This document shows positions 12,125 through 22,978 of a stretch of 64,000 bases of DNA, piece by piece. Numbering within the stretch: position 1 is the stretch's first letter; each line of letters begins with the position of its first letter. Origin of the DNA: TPA_inf: Saccharomyces (taxonomy: Eukaryota); contig BK006939.2 in assembly GCA_000146045.2 (NCBI GenBank), positions 128,001 through 192,000 of the forward strand, given 5' to 3'. The notes under the pieces were generated by a model. It was given only the letters and a program-made list of their open reading frames with translations, searched no databases and was not told the DNA's origin. The translations under genes and the position numbers were made by a program.

Positions 12125-13241
12125 TTTTCAATGATCTTTAATTTTTTAATACGATACTGATAATAACTTAATAAACTGAACTAAAATAAAATATTTTGTT
12201 TTGATTGCGAAGTAGATGAGTGAGCTGTGTGGCTGGTGAGTTGTATAATTCGCTAGTGAAACTGATGGGCAAAAAAAATTTGAATTTAGGGGGGAGAGTA
12301 ACCTGTGTTGTGAGTTTTTGTTTTGTTTTGTTTTGTATATCTATTATATAAGAAGATAAGTACTGTCAAGAAGTAGAAGATTTTAAAAGGTAAGACAGCG
12401 AGCCGAAACTTCTTTAAAGAAGACTAAAATTTCGGAATTGGAAAAAAAGGTTGGAGTATTTATCTTCCGTATTTAAAGTCGGAAATTTTTCATCTTTTTT
12501 TTTCAAGATGTATGCTCATGCACTTTATTCCCCGAAGATCTTCGAAAGCAGTTCAATTTAATTGGCTGGAGATTGGCGTTTGGAGAGGCGGTGTGTATGT
12601 CAAGAAAGGCATTGTCAACGCCCGGACAAATAATTCTAATTTTTACAAGATGCCGGTGGTGTTCGGCATTGTAAAAGGTATGGGTGCTTTGTGCGTCCAC
12701 GCATGGGGTATGGGGTATGGGGGCATCATCGATTGTTCTCCGGTAACGGAACACGGCAATATTTCTGTTCTACAGCTTGAATACATGCCGTGGATCTGTT
12801 TATCAAAGATAATGTCATGTAGCGTGGCAAGTCGACACAGCAACGTGTGGATAATGGATGAGACGATAGCGCCACTGGTTGGTTGTTTGTAAGCTTCGAT
12901 TGGTAACAGTGGGCTAAAATAGATTGTAGTTATACCCCCACGTTTGCTGGGTCTCACGATCCATATCAGACTGCCCGCGTGGGGTTAATTCTGAGGTGTT
13001 GAGCCAGCCAACTCAGACGTTTTGATGACGAAGAACAGAAGATGCAAGTCTTCTACGTATGCAATGATCTGTCCAACTCACCGAAACAAGAAAAAATTTT
13101 GCGTTTTTTTTTTCCTACAAATCCCCCATTTATTCGGAAGGTGTGGGTGGAGGCGTAGTTTTTTGTTTATTTTTTCCCAATTTACGTAGTCCCGCAGGTC
13201 GGTTTTCCTCTCAGTCTCCGTACATTTCTTATTTTTTACGT

Positions 13242-13250
13242 TTAAAGTTC
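13242..13250 (+). promoter_or_regulatory. WOPR-family core motif-like site TTAAAGTTC (8/9 to TTAAAGTTT) in the MIT1 upstream region
   Basis: Sequence match only. Wor1/Mit1/Ryp1 family proteins bind TTAAAGTTT and autoregulate (established for orthologs); function here is inferred. Confidence 0.25.
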
Positions 13251-13297
13251 GTTAACGAGGCAAAAAATGGCCTGTCTTCCTCCTTTTCCGCCGGCAA

Positions 13298-13352
13298 CTG
13301 TAACTGTAAACTGTAAAATTGTAAGTGTAATTGTAATTGTAACTGTAATTTT
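13298..13352. repeat. Imperfect tandem array of 8 TGTAA units (ACTGTAACTGTAAACTGTAAAATTGTAAGTGTAATTGTAATTGTAACTGTAATTTTAAC) about 540 bp upstream of MIT1
   Basis: Direct reading. Confidence 0.9.
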
Positions 13353-13891
13353 AACGCTGAATTCTTGCGCGCTCTCGTTGGTTACTATCTTTTCTTCTTA
13401 ATCGAAGTGTGTACAGTTATGTGCCGTTTGTTTCAATTTGGCTGAATCTTCCTCATCTTGCCCCTTCTTTGGTGTTTTTTTTGCGCAACTCAAAACCTCG
13501 TTACTGCATCAAATTTAAATTTAAGCTAGAGAGAAGGTAGTGAGAAAGCTATTTTGTTTATTTGTATTTTTTCGTTTCCCGATCGTTTCCCTTCCATTTC
13601 TGTTTTCGAACCCTTTTATTTTCTATCTGTGAATTAGACAGCCTGTTCACCGGTAGCCTTTTGATTGTTTGTTTGTCTTTTTTAAGATTATCAATATTAT
13701 TTAATATCTCGCCTCAACTATCGACAATATAGCCTATTTTCTTCTCTTTTTTGGTCCGCCTCTGTTGTACGCCATTTCTATACTGTGTTACTAGGATAAA
13801 ATAAATACCTGTACTGCATCATCTTTCCTATCACCATCTTTTTCCACAAAACAACATTTCAACTAGACACAAGGACAACGTAAATTTCTAA

Positions 13892-14941
13892 ATGGATATC
13901 GAGCCTACTTTCAAAGGGTACATTGAAGATGAAGATGACGCTTTGCTTATTCTTCAAGCAACTTTGGATGGCAAGTTAAAGCATATACCAAGAAGGCCTT
14001 ATGAAATAGAAAGACCTTATTTGATCGTATCAGGTAGTATATTCGTTTTTATTGAAGAGATATCGGGCATCAAGAGATGGACTGATGGCGTTTCTTGGTC
14101 TCCATCAAGAATATCAGGCAAGTTTCTAATATACAAGGAACTAGACAAGGAAAACGCCGGGTCTAATGCTAATGCTACTTCGAGTGGCAGTACTGATTCC
14201 GCCGTCATTACGGATGGAACTTCTGGCGCGAGAAATAACCCTTCTTCGTCGAAAATCAAGCTACCTCCTTTGAAGAATCACCAGTTTGATTTGCCACCTA
14301 CTATGGGCCATTCAAGTTTTGAGTCAGAGCAAGACACCTCCATTTCTCCATCAAACCGTTCGAACTTACCTTTAAAGTATACTGGCCTGGTGAAGAAGAC
14401 AATATCTGTGAAGCTGAAGAGACCTCCATTCAACTCGATTGAAAATTTACATATTGTCTCTTATTATTCTGTAAAAGATATAAAACAAAATTGTCTAGTG
14501 ACTCCTAAAGCTTCTCCTTTTTTGAAAGATGTTAGACCTTCACAGGAACTAATTGTCGCGATGGGAAATACAACCTTAGGCAACGTGAAAAACAATTCCA
14601 CTACCACCGGTAATGGTCCTAATAATATAAACAATAAAAGCAACTCTTCCACTCCCCTGAATACTGTTATTTCCACGAATAACAATAGTGCTAATATAAA
14701 TGCTGCTGGCAGTAATCAATTTACTAGTGCAAACAAAAATTATTATTATAAAAATGATGAAAGCTCTGGATACCCAATCACTCAATTTGCTCCCGCATTA
14801 CCATCAACAACTTTGATGTATACGGCGAATCCACCTTATATCACTCAATCTCCTGATAACACTAACGCTACTGGTATGAATACACATGTTAATAATAACA
14901 ATAATAATAGTAATAACAGTAGTAATAGTAATAATAGTAAC

Positions 14942-14979
<38 letters not shown>

Positions 14980-15892
14980 TAATAATAATATTAATAATAT
15001 TAATAATGTCAATACTAATGCAGGGAACGGTAACAATCCAAATAGATTCCATAACGCCTCTTTTGCTTATAACACCACCGGTGACTTTATTAATCCGCAA
15101 CAACAAGGACAAATTTCTTATCCATTTTATTATACAACAATTCCGATAAACAATCCTAACTATTATACCACACAACCTCCAAACCCTGTAACAAACGCTT
15201 CAACGAACGAGAATCAAGGCTATTCCACCTCCTCAACTCAACACCCTTATTATGGGCATCCTACTGAAAGTCAATCAGCATCAGCAGCCGCAGGCGCTAC
15301 TGGCACTCCTGGTACAGCCGAGAATGTCCTTCCCGTATCCAGTATGCAGCCACTACTCCATCAAGCCAATAATAATAGTGCAAGCTCTGCTACCTCTACA
15401 GCTCCTTATCCGGTGTATTCTATGAATGTGAATGTTCCTTATTACAATTCTTCTGCTTCTGCATACAAGAGGGCACAAGAAAATACTACTTCAAATACGA
15501 ATGCAGAACCTTCTGGTGCTACAAGCACTAACTCAGGCACCATGCTATCAAATCCTGCATACGCTAATTCTCAGTACACTCCATCGCAAGTGTATTACCA
15601 GGGATTCCCCCAATATGCCATGGCAAGTGCTCAAAATCCGTCTATGTATCAACACCAGCACCAACATCCTTTGCCCACTGTATATCCAATAGCGACGCCT
15701 CAACAAAATATAATGAGCTCTGGTCACACTTTGAGCACTATTGGATCTGATCCTCAACATCATCACTATCAACAAGAGCCCAACGACCACAAAAACTTCG
15801 CTATGGGTCACGCGAACAATAATATCTTAAACATCACCAATAATGATACGATGAACAACCTCAATACAAACACTTCAACTACTACACAATAA
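13892..15892 (+). CDS. MIT1: Mit1, WOPR (Gti1/Pac2/Wor1) family transcriptional regulator, 666 aa, with a long Asn-rich prion-like low-complexity region
   Basis: N-terminal WOPR box (LKHIPRRPYEIERPYLIVSGSIFVFIEE...RWTDGVSWSPSRISGKFLIYKE...); the rest is N/S/T/Q-rich. Confidence 0.9.
14890..15010 (+). repeat. Coding (AAT)n trinucleotide microsatellite (about 11 perfect units at about 14944-14976 inside a longer AAT/AGT/AAC-rich tract) encoding poly-Asn in MIT1
   Basis: Direct reading; translates to [38 protein letters not shown]. Confidence 0.9.
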
Positions 15893-16326
15893 GTAAATAT
15901 ATTTTAAAAAAGTACTCCGATTTTCTTTTCTTCTCCTTGCCTTTTTGAGTATCGGGTTTACTCATGAAAATTATATCATTTTTCATTTTACAGTTTTATA
16001 TACTTCGCTTCTTTACGTAATCATGCCTTTAATTTCATCTTCATTTGCCTATGGAAAAAAGCTATTCCTTTTGACATCATAAAATATCTTTATTAAAGAA
16101 TCCCCTCTGTCAACATTTTCTACGAAAGATAGCTTAGTGTATTTTTTGAAGATGCTGTCGAAAATGATTCTCGACATACTCGCGCTGGTGGAAAAATGAA
16201 GTGGAAAAGATAAGCAAATTGATATATAAGCAAATAAACATATAATTTGGACGTACATCGAAATTAGTTGTTCTCAACTTATTTTCATTGTTTGATGAAA
16301 AGCGGAATATACATCACGGCTATATA

Positions 16327-17334
16327 ATGAATAATGGAGACAATAAAACGACATTAGAAAACTCAAAAAATGCGTCACTAGCTAATGGAAATTATGCGAT
16401 TCCCACAAAACTAAATAGGCTGAAAAAGAATGCTGACCCTAGAGTTGCTGCAATTTCAGGTGCTTTATCTGGTGCACTATCCGCAATGCTGGTCTGTCCT
16501 TTTGACGTTGCGAAAACAAGATTACAAGCACAAGGTCTCCAAAACATGACACACCAAAGTCAACATTATAAGGGGTTTTTTGGTACATTTGCTACTATTT
16601 TCAAGGATGAAGGTGCTGCTGGGCTTTATAAAGGTCTACAGCCGACGGTTTTAGGTTATATTCCTACTTTGATGATTTACTTTTCCGTCTATGATTTCTG
16701 TAGAAAATATTCGGTCGATATTTTCCCACATAGTCCGTTTCTCTCAAACGCTTCTTCTGCAATTACTGCAGGTGCCATCTCTACAGTTGCGACAAATCCG
16801 ATTTGGGTAGTAAAAACAAGACTTATGCTGCAAACAGGTATCGGTAAATATTCCACCCATTATAAGGGTACCATAGACACATTTAGAAAGATCATTCAAC
16901 AAGAGGGTGCTAAGGCTCTTTATGCCGGCTTAGTACCAGCCCTGCTGGGGATGCTGAACGTTGCTATACAGTTTCCTTTATATGAAAATTTAAAAATAAG
17001 GTTCGGATATTCAGAATCGACTGACGTATCGACAGATGTGACGAGCTCAAACTTTCAAAAATTAATATTGGCCTCTATGCTATCTAAAATGGTAGCATCT
17101 ACCGTGACTTATCCTCACGAAATACTTCGAACTCGAATGCAACTGAAATCCGATCTTCCAAATACTGTTCAACGCCATCTCCTTCCATTGATTAAAATTA
17201 CGTATAGGCAAGAGGGCTTCGCCGGCTTTTACTCTGGGTTTGCAACTAATTTGGTAAGGACAGTACCTGCTGCTGTGGTAACACTAGTATCGTTTGAATA
17301 TTCTAAAAAGTATTTAACTACTTTTTTTCAATAA
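16327..17334 (+). CDS. YEA6: Mitochondrial carrier family protein (NAD+ transporter), 335 aa. The track ORF starts at an upstream TTG
   Basis: Three mitochondrial-carrier repeats ([32 protein letters not shown]); first ATG at 16327 gives MNNGDNKTT... Confidence 0.9.
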
Positions 17335-17906
17335 AGTGAAACAGAAAAATGTACATGACACAAGCTGAGGGTCGTAAAAAGCATCTTTCGCAATTGTTTC
17401 AACCTCATGACCCCTGTCTTGACTATGTATTCCTCTTTACGTCGGGCTACTCGCAAAATCAAGTAGTTTTAAACCTTTAGTATGTTGCAAATAAAGAGCA
17501 AAAAAAGAATTTATTCATCCCAGGAATCTCACTACATTTCGTAGGGGAAGAAATGTAGATTTGAGGTTCATTTGGCTCGTGAGAACGACTTGAACCTTAT
17601 TCATACTTTATATAATATTTTAGGAGTATTGTAGCATTATGTATATTTTTCTTGCGGGTGTGCACTGCCGAAATAGCTGCTGAATATCCAGATTAAAAAA
17701 CTAAACAAAAAACTGTTTCTTGTTCGAATAGTAAAAGAAGGTTTTCCCAAATGCTATTGTTATTTAGAAACGCTGGAAATACAGTATTTTTTGAAGAACT
17801 ATCCGTTTTACCCGAACCTATTTTAATTCAATTCTTAAGTACTAATTAAAGTCTGCTTAATACATATAGAGTATATCTTACATACCATTAACATGTAAGT
17901 TAAATT

Positions 17907-18755
17907 TTAAGTCAAAGATATTGAGTTTTTTAAAGAACATTTGGTGTATGTGAGGCCATCTGCGCTAATATTTTCAAAATTAGTTTCAATTGAAGGGCCA
18001 CTTGTTGTGTTGAATTTTGGGGGTAGTATTTTTTTGCAACTAGATATGTTATCGTCATGAGTTTGAAGTGGAGCTAAAGAATCACTCTGTAGCTCGTTCT
18101 CCCCGTAAAAACTATTTATGCTCTCTGCTGGTAATTCATCGTGTTCTAAAAGAGGAGAGGGCGAGGCATTTTCGTGAATGCTAGCTTCACTAGTAGCGAT
18201 AATACTCTTCGGGCAAGATTTATGCAGGAAATCAAAAAGAAGTGGATAATGTGCCACATTTATTGAGTCATCTTTCAATAATTGTGCCTTCTTCGGGAGG
18301 TTTGCATTCAATGCGGTCAAATTGTTAACAATATCTGAAACAATATCATTGACACATGCGAGTTCTTCATTTAACGAGCCAATTTTTTTTTCCGCATTGG
18401 CCAATAGACGATCATTTCCATTGATACAATTAGTAGAAGCCCTTTGCTTTAAGACGTTTTTGTAACTATGTTCTACCTTTTTTAACGACTTTTTAAGTTG
18501 AAGTTCAATTTGCTGCATCTGATTGCGTTCCTCGTCAATGTCCCTACTTACAACTTCATAGATGGACAGAATGTCTTTTTTTACTTGTAATAACTCATAC
18601 TTCGTGCTATTGAAGATAGCAGCCTGTGTTAATTTTTTATGGGATGCAAGGGGAGGTAAGCCCTTTAACTCTTCGTAATAGGAACTGCTTCCAACGGCAT
18701 CAAATTCTATTCTTGATTTCCATTTCAGTATACCTTTAGTTAAGTCTGCTACCAT
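17907..18755 (-). CDS. VAB2: Vab2 (Vac8-binding / BLOC-1 related coiled-coil protein), 282 aa. The track ORF starts at an upstream GTG
   Basis: First ATG is 3 codons inside the track ORF (MVADLTKGILKWKSRIEFDAV...). Identity comes from recollection of YEL005C in this position and length; the protein is low in recognisable domains. Confidence 0.75.
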   Translation of the reverse strand: MVADLTKGILKWKSRIEFDAVGSSSYYEELKGLPPLASHKKLTQAAIFNSTKYELLQVKKDILSIYEVVSRDIDEERNQMQQIELQLKKSLKKVEHSYKNVLKQRASTNCINGNDRLLANAEKKIGSLNEELACVNDIVSDIVNNLTALNANLPKKAQLLKDDSINVAHYPLLFDFLHKSCPKSIIATSEASIHENASPSPLLEHDELPAESINSFYGENELQSDSLAPLQTHDDNISSCKKILPPKFNTTSGPSIETNFENISADGLTYTKCSLKNSISLT

Positions 18756-18950
18756 GCTAGGCACTCTCTGCCTTTCTTATGGTTTGGTTACGCATACTCT
18801 TCCTTTATATATTCATTGTCATATTTTAAGGAAGCAATCGCTCCCGACGCAAAGTAAAAATATTCAGTGCTTTGCACTCCAGTTAGAAAAAATGAAGAGA
18901 ATTCAATTGAGAATAAGCAGGGAAGTAATTGGATTGGGAGAATCTAAAAA

Positions 18951-19979
18951 ATGTGGAACTCACTAAAAGCATTCGCTCTAGTGTTCGGAGGTTGTTGCTC
19001 CAATGTTATTACATTTGAAACCTTAATGAGCAACGAAACAGGCAGCATTAATAATCTCATTACTTTTTGTCAATTTTTATTTGTTACATGTCAGGGACTC
19101 CCCGAATTTCTGGATGTTCATCAACCTTTCCCTTACTTCAAGCCTCTGAAAACTCCACTTCACGTTTATGTCATTACTGTCGTTTTATTTTATATTTCAT
19201 CTACGACGAATAATAACGTATTTAAATACAACATATCCATTCCGATTCATATCGTTTTCAGATGCTTCGGAACCGTAATAACCATGTTTACATGCTGGTT
19301 ATTAAATGGTAGGAAATATACAAAGATTCAGATTTTATCAACACTATTTTTAACCATTGGAGCTATAATTGCCTCATTATTCAAAGATGCTGATTTTCGG
19401 TACCAAGATTTGAAACTGCAAGCGTGGAAAATTGGAAGTGACCAATCTGTAGATCTCACTTTTATTTTTGGCATTTGTATACTAGTACTTTCATCATTCA
19501 CATCATCTTTACTTTCAGCATACAATGAACGTACGTATCAAAAATATGGAAAGCATTGGAAGGAGAATATCTTTTACAGTCATTTTTTATCATTACCTCT
19601 CTTTCTATTTAGTCGAAAGCAGTTAATTCACGAATATCGAGTGATGAGAAAGTCTGAAAGAATATTGTGTTCAAATTTTGGAGGGAAGATTCTAGTCCCG
19701 CGAGAAGAAACTCTCCTTCTTTTCAATGTGTTAACACAATATTTTTGCGTCAAGGGTGTTAATATCCTCGCCAGTAAAACAAACGCTCTGACACTTTCCA
19801 TAACATTACTTGTAAGAAAATTTATAAGTCTTTTACTGAGCGTCCGACTTTTCGATAATAACTTGTCATATACTGGCTACATCGGGGTCTACCTAGTCTT
19901 TTTTGGTGCCTTTATATACTCGCTGGGATCAATTCACCCCAGGCAAAATGACAAGGGGGCGATAAAGAAAAGTAAATGA
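18951..19979 (+). CDS. YEA4: Multi-pass membrane nucleotide-sugar (UDP-GlcNAc) transporter, 342 aa
   Basis: About 10 hydrophobic segments, ER-type transporter; matches YEL004W by position and length. Confidence 0.85.
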   Translation: MWNSLKAFALVFGGCCSNVITFETLMSNETGSINNLITFCQFLFVTCQGLPEFLDVHQPFPYFKPLKTPLHVYVITVVLFYISSTTNNNVFKYNISIPIHIVFRCFGTVITMFTCWLLNGRKYTKIQILSTLFLTIGAIIASLFKDADFRYQDLKLQAWKIGSDQSVDLTFIFGICILVLSSFTSSLLSAYNERTYQKYGKHWKENIFYSHFLSLPLFLFSRKQLIHEYRVMRKSERILCSNFGGKILVPREETLLLFNVLTQYFCVKGVNILASKTNALTLSITLLVRKFISLLLSVRLFDNNLSYTGYIGVYLVFFGAFIYSLGSIHPRQNDKGAIKKSK

Positions 19980-20175
19980 ACACACATTATAAACTAACCT
20001 TAAATCCTACTTGTATGTTCCTTAACTCTATATTAGTGGTGTTGACGTAAGTTTAGATAAAATCGCGAACGCTGCCGCCTGGAAGTAAATGAAAAAAAAA
20101 AAAAAAAGAATTCATCACCTAAACTCACTAATCTTTAAAACTCATTCATGAGAAGTGGAGAACTATATTACAGCT

Positions 20176-20599
20176 ATGGAACAAAGGAACAACGGTATGC
20201 AAAATTTCGATCTCTGGGTTTTAATAAATGCATGTAGCCAATTTTATCTTACTAACAATCTTTGTGTTTTCTCTGTGTATAGTCTTTCAAGCAAAATATA
20301 ATGAATACAAACAAATTTTGGAAGAATTGCAAACAAAAATCATAGAATTAGGTCATGACAAAGATGAACACACTATAGTCATAAAAACACTGAAAGACGC
20401 TGAGCCGACGAGAAAATGTTACAGGATGATAGGTGGCGCACTTGTTGAAAGTGATGTTCAAACGAGTTTGCCTATTCTTGAAACTAAGAAGGAAAACATA
20501 GAAGGTACAATAAGTAAAATGAAAGAAACCTTAATACAAACTGCAAAAGAGTTTGAAAAATGGAAAAAAGACAATAAGATTCAAGTCGTTAAAAACTAA
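20176..20599 (+). CDS. GIM4: Prefoldin beta-type subunit Gim4, spliced: join(20176..20194,20283..20599), 111 aa predicted. The track ORF 20228..20599 is read through the intron
   Basis: Exon 1 ATGGAACAAAGGAACAACG; 5' splice site GTATGC (a less common variant) at 20195; perfect TACTAAC branch at 20250-20256; 3' splice site tag at 20280-20282. The spliced product MEQRNNVFQAKYNEYKQILEELQ... is a coiled-coil prefoldin beta subunit. Confidence 0.7.
20195..20282 (+). other. GIM4 intron (88 nt) with GUAUGC 5' splice site and TACTAAC branch point
   Basis: See GIM4; the only arrangement I found that restores an ATG-initiated in-frame prefoldin ORF. Confidence 0.65.
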
Positions 20600-20721
20600 A
20601 CCATATATAAAATCTATTGCAGTACTTAGTTTGGCAAAAAATATAAATAAACACAATCAGGTACTCTTATGTATTTATGTGAGCCATTTATAAAGAATTA
20701 TAAAGGATATGAAAACATATA

Positions 20722-22014
20722 TTAGTTTGTTTTTTTGAATGTTTCAAGTTTCTTGCCAACAGAGGAAGTCGTAACGAAAGAAACAACAAAAAATATCCAC
20801 GCAACAATGACGCCACAAATGGCGCTAATATAAACCCAAGAATTGCTGATTTCCCAACTTCTTGGGTATTCATCATTAGCAAGGTGACGGATAGCTTTAA
20901 CGTCTTTGTCAGTAGTGAACGACAGGCCAATCTTACGATAGTCAGTGAGGAATGTAAACACTCCATGGCGGTCTGGAAGGATGAATTCACCGGTGGTGTA
21001 ATACTGAGTTTCAGAATCGTTTCCGCTTGGCGACAATGTTAGACGGTAGTACGGATCCACTTGTCTTAGTTCAAATTGGATATCATCAGCGATATGTGGT
21101 AGCCATTCTTCTCCATTCCATTCCGAAAAGCCTACAGAATAAATAACTTTGTCCTTGATTTTGTAGGGCTCTTCGTCATAACTAGTACCATCCGCATGTG
21201 AATGAACCGCATGCACACTTTTGATTACAGATTTTTCATTAAATGTCCATTTTAGTAATTCTTTTGCAAACTCCTGATTAGAGTCCTGATTTTTGTTCTT
21301 TAAGAAATCACTACTGCCGATCCATACTAAACGAGCATTGTTTAAGTTCTGGAAACCAACTACAAGAAAGCCTTGAGATCCGCTGGTCCAAGAGTTGCAT
21401 TTGCCTTTGGACTCAGTAAAGGATGTTCTTGGAGCGTTTAAAATTGGGACGATTTGTTCACGATTTTCTAATAAAGCAGCTGAACTTTCCCCAAAAACAA
21501 AATCCTCGCTTTTTCTGGCGTTGTACACATATTTGTTCAGAAGATGGTTAGAAGAAACCACTAGCTCTTCTGAGGAGGGCGAAAAATAGTCACGAATAAC
21601 GTGTCCTTTTGGACTTGGATAGATACCTAATTCATTCAAAAATAAACGAATGGTATTCGGAACAGCACCTGGAGAACTCATGCATAAAATGTTACCTTCA
21701 TTTTCAAAAAATTTAATCAACTGCTTAACTGGGATTTGTCTCGCTAAATTCTTGCCTCCTTTGGTAGGAAAAACGATGATGTTATCAAACAATCTTTGCT
21801 CTTTGTCATACAAATCCACAGTAGTGGAAGTACTGTTAATATCTAAATATTCAAGTTTGTAATTCCTTTGTTCTAGATCTTTTAAATAGACTGAGTACTC
21901 CTCTAAAGGTTCCGTAGATTGGTCGTAAAGAACAAGCGTTCTTGAAGTTTGTGTGCCCACAACGAAAATGGCCTGCAGAAGGATACAAAAGAAAAAATTC
22001 CAATCGGTCCGCAT
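20722..22014 (-). CDS. WBP1: Oligosaccharyltransferase beta subunit (wheat-germ agglutinin binding protein), 430 aa; signal peptide, C-terminal TM, and KKTN dilysine ER-retrieval signal
   Basis: MRTDWNFFFCILLQAIFVVG signal peptide ... C-terminus VTTSSVGKKLETFKKTN. Confidence 0.95.
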   Translation of the reverse strand: MRTDWNFFFCILLQAIFVVGTQTSRTLVLYDQSTEPLEEYSVYLKDLEQRNYKLEYLDINSTSTTVDLYDKEQRLFDNIIVFPTKGGKNLARQIPVKQLIKFFENEGNILCMSSPGAVPNTIRLFLNELGIYPSPKGHVIRDYFSPSSEELVVSSNHLLNKYVYNARKSEDFVFGESSAALLENREQIVPILNAPRTSFTESKGKCNSWTSGSQGFLVVGFQNLNNARLVWIGSSDFLKNKNQDSNQEFAKELLKWTFNEKSVIKSVHAVHSHADGTSYDEEPYKIKDKVIYSVGFSEWNGEEWLPHIADDIQFELRQVDPYYRLTLSPSGNDSETQYYTTGEFILPDRHGVFTFLTDYRKIGLSFTTDKDVKAIRHLANDEYPRSWEISNSWVYISAICGVIVAWIFFVVSFVTTSSVGKKLETFKKTN

Positions 22015-22300
22015 CCTAAATAATCAAAAAAGGATAATTCAAAATTTGCACCGTCAATTGTGTTAAAGTATTCAACTTTATAACCAATTCAGTTGACTAT
22101 ACACCTCTTTAAAGGTTTCTCTTTTCAAGAAGCGTGTTTGATATTTTTCAGGCGTAGCTTAGGGTAATGCATTATTCAATAACCCGCCCTGAAAATATCG
22201 AAAGTAGATATTGGGATATCTTTAATTGTAGTATACTAATATGTATCTATAAAACAATGAGAGCCCCCTATCATCATCCAGAGATCTTACTCCGCCATTT

Positions 22301-22978
22301 TTATTTTTTATAGGTTTCTGGCAACCATGATTCATCAACTTTTTTGACAGTGGCACTCTTCTTGGAAGGTCTTTGATTTGTTTTAGACTTCATGTAGTAA
22401 TAACTTACACCTCCGATGATGGCTAGAAAGATGACCTGAACTGATAAAAATTGTGGGTTGAAAAAGGAAATAGGTGGGCTAACAATTTCGAATAGGGTTG
22501 GTGGTGCCGCAATTCTCACGATTTCATCGAACCTAGAAGCTAATAAAAATGGGATTAAAAAGTATTGTCCTTCCGGTAAATTTAACGTAACGTCTTGCCC
22601 GAATTTTGAAGTTCCGTTGACCTCCATTTCGTAAGGCCCAATACTCGCACCTGTAATGTCCGCCACAGGATAACCATGTGGATATGTAACAATTGTTCCG
22701 TTGACACCAAAAATTGTGATATTAGTATCTTCCCAATTAGTAACATTATAGGCTAAGGTAGCGGTATCCTCCGCGTAAAACTCAAGGAAAGAATCATGAT
22801 TTTCTGATTCCTTCCCAACGACATCATATTTCACCTCTATATTAATAGAAGGTGGCGCTACCGCCTCCGCAACTTCCTGTTCATGTTCGACATTGTCGCT
22901 ATTATTAGCTGATATGGCAGCACAGAAGCTGCTCAAGGCAGTTAATAAATTAAACCCGATTAACATAGAAAACCTCAT
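22301..22978 (-). CDS. IRC22: ER membrane protein Irc22, 225 aa; signal peptide plus C-terminal TM
   Basis: ATG ORF; N-terminal hydrophobic signal, TM near the C-terminus followed by a basic tail; position between WBP1 and CEN5 fits YEL001C. Confidence 0.8.
   Translation of the reverse strand: MRFSMLIGFNLLTALSSFCAAISANNSDNVEHEQEVAEAVAPPSINIEVKYDVVGKESENHDSFLEFYAEDTATLAYNVTNWEDTNITIFGVNGTIVTYPHGYPVADITGASIGPYEMEVNGTSKFGQDVTLNLPEGQYFLIPFLLASRFDEIVRIAAPPTLFEIVSPPISFFNPQFLSVQVIFLAIIGGVSYYYMKSKTNQRPSKKSATVKKVDESWLPETYKK

Noticed and set aside
12503-12957. Three mutually overlapping 83-126-aa ORFs on both strands in the GCN4-MIT1 intergenic region
   Set aside because: They overlap each other in different frames and strands and have no conserved domains; some start at non-ATG codons under the track's rules. 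They are more likely reading-frame noise in a GC-richer regulatory region, which I flagged as regulatory instead.
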